DNA of 64,000 bases, from assembly GCA_964016885.1 (NCBI GenBank), contig OZ024749.1:16120001-16184000 (forward strand), in the 5' to 3' direction. Made by a program: the position numbers and the translations under genes. Origin of the DNA: Eledone cirrhosa. Its lineage: Eukaryota. The notes beneath the pieces are model-generated. The model had not been told where the DNA came from. It searched no databases and worked only from the letters and a program-made list of their open reading frames with translations. How positions within the stretch are numbered: position 1 is the stretch's first letter; each line of letters opens with the position of its first letter. Below are positions 55,089-64,000 of this stretch, piece by piece.

Positions 55089-55794
55089 TGGAATGAGAAA
55101 TAAGATATGAAATAGAAAGATACAGAGTCAGAAGAGGAAGGAACGGAAAAAATCTGAGATAAAAACTACACGTGTGTGTGACTGTATATGGGTGTGTATG
55201 TGAGTGTTTATATATATATATTTATATCCTATACACCCTATATACCCAGGACTCAATACAATTATCTTAGCCATGTTGTGAAAAGGTATACATATTTGAA
55301 ACCATATCTAGCTGCACTCAAACTCAGAATAAACTCACAAGATTAGAAATATGCACCAACTCACCTGGTGAAATTACAACACGAAACCTGTATATTATTT
55401 TAACCTATAGATATCATATAACACTTTTTTTAATATATTCTTCCTTTACGCCCAAGCCAATACCCCCACCCCCGACCTTCCACCCCGATTTGGAAGATAT
55501 AATAATATAATAGCTCTAGATTGTGTGTTTTTTTTATTCCATGATTCTATAGGTATAAGTCTATATTAGTTTACGGTGTTCGTAACGTCATCCTCTAAGC
55601 ATGTTAAACCTTTAGCCATATTTTTTCAAACATAAACACCCCCTCCACACACACACATATATATATATATATATTTAAATTCTATATTGCAAATACAGTT
55701 ATTGAATTACACCTTATATATATATTATATGTGAATATATACATGTATGTATGTATGTATGTATGTATGTATGTATGTATGTATATATATATAC

Positions 55795-55837
<43 letters not shown>

Positions 55838-56182
55838 AGCACTCTCTTTTCCTTTACGTTTCCTACGGAAATAATTCATTTATATATATATATATATATA
55901 TATACTCTGTGTATATATATATATTGTATACTCTGTATATATATATATATATATTATATACTGTATATATATAATATTTATATATATATACGAGTATGTA
56001 AATATATATACATATATGTAAATATATCTACATACTACATATATATATATAATATATATATATATGTAAATATATATACATACATATATATATATTAATA
56101 TATTTATATATATATATATATATATACGAGATATATGTGTGTGTGTAAATATATATATGTGTGTGTGTGTGTGTAAATTTAT

Positions 56183-56214
<32 letters not shown>

Positions 56215-56258
56215 GTATGTATATATATATGTATATATGTGTGTGTGTGTAAATTTAT

Positions 56259-56313
<55 letters not shown>

Positions 56314-56357
56314 GTATGTATATATATATATGTATATATATATATTATATATATATG

Positions 56358-56398
<41 letters not shown>

Positions 56399-56405
56399 AT
56401 ATGTG

Positions 56406-56484
<79 letters not shown>

Positions 56485-56859
56485 ATGTATATATATATAT
56501 TCAGAGTTAAATTTGATATATCAGGTTATACCATATATAATCCTTTTAGATATTCTTGTTAGCACACATTTACTGTATTATCACGTAGTATATTGTATTA
56601 TAATGTTGTTACTCTATTATAACCTTCTTATTTGCACAGTTTATACATGTACTGCCCTCTGGTAGACACATATTTATAACACTATTTCCTGACACTGAAG
56701 CCATCTCACATAACAGTATTATCTCACCTGTGTGTTACAATGGAGTTGGGAAACTGACTATTCAATTAACTTTCATTATCCATGTAATTAGAAAATAAAA
56801 ACTTACATAAGGCTTGTTTAAAATCTAAATTGCTTAAAACTATTCAAGCAAGGATTGGA

Positions 56860-57512
56860 ATTGTTGCTGTGCTGTTACAACTCACATCTATGTGGATTTA
56901 GTTGGCCTCCCATAATGTATTTTATAGTAAGTTTCTCGGGTGTTTTAATGATAAGGGCAACGAGTGCTATCATGCTGTCGCTATTACAACCCATACCTAT
57001 GTAGGTTTAGTTGCTTTCCCATAATGTATCTTATAGTAAGTTTCTTGGGTGTCTCAAAGACAGGGGCCCCTAGTGCTATCATGCTGTCGCAGCTACAATT
57101 CACATCTATGTGGGTTTAGTTGGCCTCCCATAATGTTGCATCTTATAGTAAGTTTCTTGGGTGTTTTACTGATAGCGGCCCCCAGTCCTATAACCACTAG
57201 ACATATTGTTACAGTTCACATCTATGTAAATTTATTTGGCTTCCTACAAGGTTATATCTCATAGGAAGTTTCTTCGGTGTTTCAACGTTAGAAATCCCTA
57301 GTCCTATCATCACTAGACATATTGTTCTTGTTTCAGTACACACCTATATAGGTTTAGATAACTTCCTACAAGGTTGCATTTCATGTGTTTCTTGGGTGTT
57401 TCAATGATAGGGGCCCCAGTCTTATGATGTTGTTGCTGTTACCGCTCACAGTTGTGTAGGTTTAGCAGACCTCCTACAAGGATGCATCTCATAGATTTCT
57501 TTTTGGTGTTTC
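56860..57512. repeat. Degenerate ~110-120-bp tandem repeat (~6 units)
   Basis: Recurring CACATCTATGT..GTTTAGTTGGCCTCC...AGTTTCTTGGGTGTTT. Confidence 0.85.
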
Positions 57513-57746
57513 AAGGCTGGATTTAATGGATGGCAAAGGGGGCAATTGCTTCGGGCCCCACCAACGACGGACGTAGCAATTTATTTGTACCCTCAGCTTG
57601 GCTTTTTAGTTTTAAGATGATGGGAATTTTGGAATTTAATACCTGAATGTATAACTTATCAATTCCAATTACTTGCGCCAAGCCTAACTTTGATATGTAA
57701 AAACCCCTGAAGAACCCCGGGCCTCCAAGGTCTGAATCCAACCCTG
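57512..57746. mobile_element. MITE-like element with imperfect TIRs
   Basis: CAAGGCTGGATTTA ... TGAATCCAACCCTG, with internal GGGCCCC motifs. Confidence 0.55.
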
Positions 57747-58104
57747 CATATATACATACATACATATATATATATATGTGTGTGTATGTGTGTATGTATG
57801 TGTGTATGTGTGTGTGTATGTGTGTATGTATGTATGTGTGTATGTATATGTGTGTGTATGTATTTATGAGTGTATGTATGTATGTTCTTCTGGTTTTATA
57901 ATTTCACAAAGTTTTACCAATAGAGAGAGAGTCGGTTGCTAACATAGACACAAGACTCTCTCATTGGAATTTACACAACATCAACTAGGTAGATATGCAT
58001 ACATGTGTAGATATGGATGTTATTGTATGTGTGGATGTGTATGTTTTGAGTTGTATGTGTGCATGTGTATATGCTTTGTATCTGTACATGTGTATATGCA
58101 GTTA

Positions 58105-58400
58105 TTAGATGCAACATTTTTGGAATGTTTTACATATTTTTACTGTTTCATTAATGGATTGTACTTGTAATTTCCTAACTAATTGTGTTCTTTCTGTTCC
58201 TGTGAAGCCTAGCTTCTCGAGATTTGTATTGAGGCAGTTACTAACATACCCCAGTGCCCCAATAACCACAGACATAAAACTGAAGGTGTAATAAGGGTGG
58301 AGTATCTGCAGATTGCTCATCAGTTCTGCATAAATATTCTCCTCTTCGCTAATCTTTGATATTATATTGGCATCTGCTGGGCAGCTAATTTCCACTACTG
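58105..58400 (-). mobile_element. 3' fragment of an RLE-type (R4/NeSL-like) non-LTR retrotransposon
   Basis: VEISCPADANI...E..NIYAEL...VVIGALG matches the restriction-like endonuclease C-terminal motifs. Confidence 0.8.
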
Positions 58401-58436
58401 TGCATATGTGTGTGTGTATGTATGTAAGTATGTATG

Positions 58437-58627
58437 TAACTACTGAGCCGCAGGTTTTATGTCGGAGTTAACCCAGTTTCCTGAGATGATGTTGATCTTT
58501 TCTTCTTTTCGGGTTATAGCTACTGTCGCTCAGAGAGTGGGATTGGCTCAGTGCACAGTCTTTCCTCACTTTAAAAATATTCGTCACGCACAGGCATTGC
58601 ACGAGTGCATTAATAATTATTAATAGT

Positions 58628-58658
<31 letters not shown>

Positions 58659-61600
58659 TATTATTACTTTTTTTTTTTTTTTTTTTTTCAATTCAATGAT
58701 GTTCCAGAACAATATAAATGAGATAATTGGCAATTTAGGTTCTGGAACAAAAAAGATCATTGGCAATAAGGACAGGGGCCCCAGGTTATCACAGCCTGGG
58801 CCCGCTCGTCATCGTGCCATTGTAATAGAGCCAAACAAGGCATTTAGTCTTGGCTGCTGGAACGTACGGACGCTGCTTGACAGGGATTCCTTGGGGCGTC
58901 CTGAACGAAGGACCGCTCTTGTTGCAAAGGAGCTTCGACGTTACGATCTTGACATCGTGGCTTTATCTGAGACGAGGCTAGCTGGAGATGGTCATCTTAC
59001 GGAATTTTGTGGAGAATATACATTCTTCTGGAAAGGAAGAGATGAAGGAACCAGAAGAGAGGCTGGGGTAGGATTTGCTGTTAAGACTGTGCTTGTGAAC
59101 AAATTAGAAGAATTCCCAGTAGGGATTAGTGAGTGTCTTATGTCCATGAGAGTTCCGCTGGACAAGGGAAGATATGCTACCCTGGTGAGTGTGTATGCTC
59201 CAACTATGAGTTCTGTCGATGAGGAAAAGATGTCCTTTTACCATGCCTTGAAAGGTATTTTAAGAAATATCCCTCAGGCAGACAAAGTCATCGTGCTTGG
59301 AGACTTTAATGCTAGGGTGGGTAGGGATTTTAACACATGGAATGTAATCGGAAGGCATGGGGTGGGAAAGTGTAACAGCAATGGGATGCTCCTGCTGCAG
59401 ATGTGTGAGGAGCTGGATCTGTGTGTTACTAACACCATGTTCCAACAAAAGAACAAATTCAAGACCACATGGATGCATCCTGTATCTAAGGAATGACATC
59501 TTTTGAACTACGTCCTAGTCAGGATGCGTGACAGACAGGATGTGCAGTGTGTTCGTGTTCTTTGTAGAGCTGAGTGCTGGACGGACCACCGCCTGGTACG
59601 CGCAAAAGTGAAACTAATCACTAAACGTAAAATCCGGGCTCCTGGTGTTGCCCTGCCCAAAAGATTGAATGCTGCTCGTCTTAAGGATAAAAATGTGAAG
59701 AGGACATTGGAAGAAGAGATGCAGGCTGCAGATCTTGGTGAGGATTGGCCGACCCTTTAAAAGTCGGTTTATGATGTAGGCAGGCGTGTTCTGGGATTGG
59801 CGCAGAGGAAACATCAGGACTGGTTTGATGAGAATGATGTACATATAGAAGACTTGTTGGCTGATAAGAGGCGTGCTCTGTCACGCTACTTGACGGCAAA
59901 ACCACAGGAGAGGAATACGTTGCATGAGGAACTCAGGGATATAAAATCACCTGTTAGGCGGAGTCTTTCTCAGATGAAGGATCAGTGGTGGAGTGAGAAG
60001 GCTGGCGAGATACAAACTGCGTCTGATTCCAATAACACAAAGCTGTTGTACAGTCTCTTGCGTGAGGTTTATGGACCGTCTTCTTCTCTGGTGACACCGC
60101 TTCGCAGCAAGGATGGCAAAGAACTTCTTCGTGACTCACAAGGAATTCTACGAAGGTGGCGAGAGCACTTTGATGATCTTTTGAATCAGCCGTCTGTCGT
60201 AAGTGAAGATTTCCTCAATCTCATTCCAGAAAGTCCTGTGAAAGTAGCTCTCGCAGAACCTCCGACGCTTGTGGAGGTTGCAGTGGCTATTTCGAAGCTG
60301 AACAGTGGAAGATCTCCAGGTATGGATGGCATACATGCTGAGCTCCTACAATATGGTGGTGAGAGACTCCTGCAACATCTTCACTCTTTGTTTGGCAGGA
60401 TATGGGCTAATGAATCCGTACCTGAGGACTGGAGAGATGCAATAATGGTGGTCTTGTACAAGGGAAAGGGTAACAGGAACGATTGTGGGAACTACAGAAG
60501 TATATCATTGCTTTCTGTCGTAGGGAAAGTTTTATGTAGGGTGCTTCTGGACCGTCTGCTGACACACATTGCAGATTGTGTTCTTCCAGAAAGTCAATCT
60601 GGTTTTCGTGCTGGACGCGGCCCTACTGATATGATCTACTCAGCTAGACAGCTCCAGGAGAAGTGCATGGAACAAGGCTTGGATCTGTATCAGGTTTTTG
60701 TCGATCTGACAAAAGCTTTCGATACTGTTTACAGAGATGCATTATGGAAGGTTCTCCAGAAACTTGGTTGCCCTGATAAGTTCCTTGCTTTAGTTAGGTC
60801 TTTCCATGACGACATGAAGGCTTGGGTTAATGTCGGGGGTAACATGTCGGAGCCTATTTCAGTAAAAAATGGAGTGAAACAGGGGGATATTCCAGCACCG
60901 ACCCTGTTTGCCATATACTTTGCAATGGTTTTCTGTATTGCATTCAGGAATTGCGAGTATGGTGTTTACATCCGATATCGAACCTCAGGCAGCATATTTA
61001 ACATCAGTCGCTTTGCTGCGAAGACAAAAGTATTTACATCAATCATAAGAGACCTCTTGTATGCAGATGATTGCGATCTTGTAGCGCACACAGAGAGTGA
61101 TATGCAGCACATTTTGAATGTATTTTCTGACGCTTGCACTGCCCTAGGTCTGACTGTCAGTCTCAAGAAAACCGTCGTCATGTACCAACCTGCCCCTGGT
61201 AAGCAGTACACTGAACCAAACATCTATGTGTATGGCAAACGACTTGGAGTGGTTGATCAGTTTGTCTACCTGGGAAGCACTGTCAATCGATACAGCAGCC
61301 TTGACAGTGAAATCTCACTTAGGATTAGGAAAGCAAGCGATGCTTTCGGAAAGCTAGAAAGGCGACTCTGGGGTCGGCGAGACATATGCAGGAGGACAAA
61401 GGTAAAGGTGTACAGGGTATGTGTGCTCTCTTGTCTTCTTTATGCCTGCGAGACCTGGGTCACATATCGACACCACCTTAAGCAATTGGAGCGTTTCCAT
61501 CAGATGTGTCTCAGACGGATCCAGACGTTCACTGGAGGGACCACATCAGTGATGTCGAGATTTTGGAAAGCTCTATGTGTGACAGTATAGAAGCTCTTGT

Positions 61601-62397
61601 GTTTAAGCAACGACTCCGTTGGAGTGGTCACCTTGCCAGAATGAAGGATTCTAGAATACCAAAACAACTCTTTTATGGAGAGTTGGTTAAAGGAAAACGA
61701 CCGCCACATAAACCAAAAAAGAGGTATAAGGATTCCTTGAAAGCCTCTCTGAAAGACGCTAACATCTCTGCTGATACATGGGAGAATATTGCTGCTGATC
61801 GTAATAAATGGAGAAAGACTGTATATGAGGGAAAAGTTGCCTTTGAGGCATCTCGAATCGCATACGAGAAAGTAAAGCGGGATGTGAGGAAAAGCATTGC
61901 TGTTGCACTTCCAGACGGCGAGGGTCCTCCTATGGTGCAGACATGCAGCGTATGTGCGAGACTCTGCCTAAGCAAAGCTGGACTCGAAAGTCATCTTCGC
62001 AGTCATAAAGTAAGACCAGTGGTTTACTACAAGTCTGCTGTTGGAGATGCTACTCATCATGCTTGCCAAACATGTGGTAGAGAATGTAAATCAGCAGGAG
62101 GGCTCAAGCGACATGCAAAAGTACACGAACTCCAACCACAGCCGACTATTCCCAGTGAATGTTTTGGTTGCCGACTCTGTGCAAGACATTTTAGATCATT
62201 GGCTGGGCTAAAAAGCCACATTCGATCGCAGCGCTGTTAGTTGCTATCGTGTGTGTGTGTGTGTGTGTAGATATGCTTATGTGTGTGCGTGTGTGTGTAG
62301 ATATATATGTATATGTATATCATTATTGTTGTTGTCGTTATTATTATTGTTGTTATTGTTATTATTATTATTATTGTTATTAATGTATGTGTTTGTG

Positions 62398-62460
<63 letters not shown>

Positions 62461-62556
62461 CTTTTTTTTTTTTTTTTTAATTTATTTATTATTATAATTT
62501 TTTTTTTTTACTCCTCGTGCAATGGCCATACTCGATAACGAGGGGGAAGCCATCAT
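58437..62556 (+). mobile_element. Near-full-length RTE-clade LINE (5' UTR remnant, single ORF, 3' end split by microsatellites)
   Basis: Single ORF with APE, RT and zinc fingers; probable terminal GGCCATACTCGATAACGAGGGGGAAGCCATCAT at 62524-62556. Confidence 0.93.
58696..62240 (+). pseudogene. RTE LINE ORF: APE endonuclease, reverse transcriptase and three C2H2 zinc fingers
   Basis: WNVRTL, LSETR, GDFNA, TDH (APE); FVDLTKAFD, GVKQG, YADD, YLG (RT); in-frame stops at 59494 and 59758, frameshift near 61520. Confidence 0.95.
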
Positions 62557-62595
62557 GTATGTATGTATGTATGTATGTATGTATGTATGTATGTC

Positions 62596-63230
62596 AGGTC
62601 ACCAGTTGGTGCTACTGGTAATATGTATCCCAGTACAACCTGTCTCATGGTCGGGTCGTTGGCGACTAAACTGGCAACCCCACCAATGTTTCTTGGTGAG
62701 GAGGGTTACTTTGGACATCCTGCAGGACTAAAAACAAAACCTGTCAAAGGGCAAAGGAGCTCTTAAGAGTCAATGGCCATCCAAAATCACCGGGAGAGAT
62801 GACCCCTTAGCCTTTGTCAAGGCAGAATTCTAGGAGAAGGAAAACTCTGATATAACACCTGCAACCCTGATGGTATCCAATGATGTTGATTTGTTCTTCT
62901 TTTTGGTAAATATCATCTTGGTTAAGAGAGTGGGACTGGCTTTATAGAGTGCCTTTGCTCACAATAAAAGCTTCACGGCACAGGTACTGCTTTATGTCTG
63001 GAGATCTCTTTGCACTTGTCGTCACATGGTACCATCGGCCCATGTCTGGAGATCTCTTTGCACTTGTCGTCACATGGTACCATCGGCCCAGCATTATGTG
63101 TCAATAATTGTCACAAGTGCAGTGTTTGTACCAGAGTTTTCAAGTCGCTGGCTGGACTAAAAAGTCACACTCGTTCAGCGCATCGGTAGCGGTTCTCCTA
63201 CATGGATATAAACGAGTTGGCAGCCACCAT
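62596..63230 (+). mobile_element. Non-autonomous bipartite RTE derivative (5' UTR fused to the 3' end)
   Basis: 62926-62990 resembles the LINE 5' UTR at 58533-58600; AGGAGAAGGAAAACTCTGA motif; 63112-63188 encodes HKCSVCTRVFKSLAGLKSHTRSAHR*; internal ~48-bp tandem duplication at ~62994-63089. Confidence 0.75.
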
Positions 63231-63414
63231 GTATGTATGTGTGCGTGTGTATGTATATATATACTCACACACGCAAACTTACACACATATATCGACAATT
63301 CCCTCATCTTCGCCACCATACACACACACACACACACATATATCTATATATATAAATATATTACATATATATACTTAATCATATATATATATATATTATA
63401 TATATATATATATA

Positions 63415-63719
63415 TAACGAAAGAGGCGTGGTAAGGAACCAGATGGACCATAACGCACCAGAGTACTCAATACTTAGGGTAGTAGAGTGGGTAATAGGAA
63501 AATGTATGAACCCGACGGCAGAGCTCAAGCCGTTTCGACAGCTATTTCTGGACTAAATTAATTTAGTCCAGAAATAGGCGTCGAAACGGCTTGAGCTCTG
63601 CCGTCGGGGTCATACATTTTCATATATATATATATATATGTGTGTGTATATATATATAGGAAAATGTATGACCCCGACGGCAGAGCTCAAGCCGTTTCGA
63701 CCCCTATTTCTGGACTAAA

Positions 63720-63722
<3 letters not shown>
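63415..63722. mobile_element. Fold-back pseudo-LTR-like element with three arms
   Basis: 62-bp arms 63498-63559 and 63560-63621 with no spacer, plus a third arm at 63656-63722; same family as 26433 and 28679. Confidence 0.82.
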
Positions 63723-63764
<42 letters not shown>

Positions 63765-64000
63765 ATGTATATACATATACATATCTGTATGTATATATGT
63801 ATGTATATGGTAATATGTATGCATATATATAAATATATGCAACGACCGTCCGCCATCAACATTTCAACACAACCAATCTAAGTAAAAGTCAATCTCCACC
63901 TACACTTCATCACAACCATCCGATAGCCCTGCTGTGTTGGCTGCGTGTGTTGTGTGTGTAGGTTGTGTGTAGGGTGTGTGTGTAGGGTAACTCACACAGC

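Noticed and set aside
59260-61975. Short minus-strand ORFs within the RTE LINE
   Set aside because: Antisense shadows of the LINE ORF

Overview
Repeat-saturated, gene-poor eukaryotic DNA, most likely from an octopus or other cephalopod. That assignment is inferred from the SINE families and the extreme (TA)n/(CA)n/(GA)n/(CAC)n density. Nearly all ORFs in the supplied track are microsatellite artefacts. The real coding sequence is retroelement-derived: a near-full-length RTE LINE with APE, RT and three C2H2 fingers (58.4-62.6 kb, 3 lesions), a 5'-truncated L1/Tx1 element (41.4-43.2 kb), a Penelope-like GIY-YIG fragment (48.4-49.7 kb), an R4/NeSL-type endonuclease fragment and several RTE fragments. 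The window also holds two tRNA-derived SINE families, an ~80-bp mariner-type MITE family and several satellites. The most notable hidden structure is a set of type I hammerhead ribozyme motifs in small non-coding inserts between (TA)n arrays: four fold with intact cores (one a U3-A8 covariant), about six are degenerate, and three cluster within ~550 bp. Six fold-back (inverted-arm) insertions in or next to (TA)n accompany them, suggesting a TA-targeting Penelope/retrozyme-like system. Only weak evidence of a host gene is seen (isolated candidate minus-strand exons). There is a 200-N assembly gap at 52784-52983.
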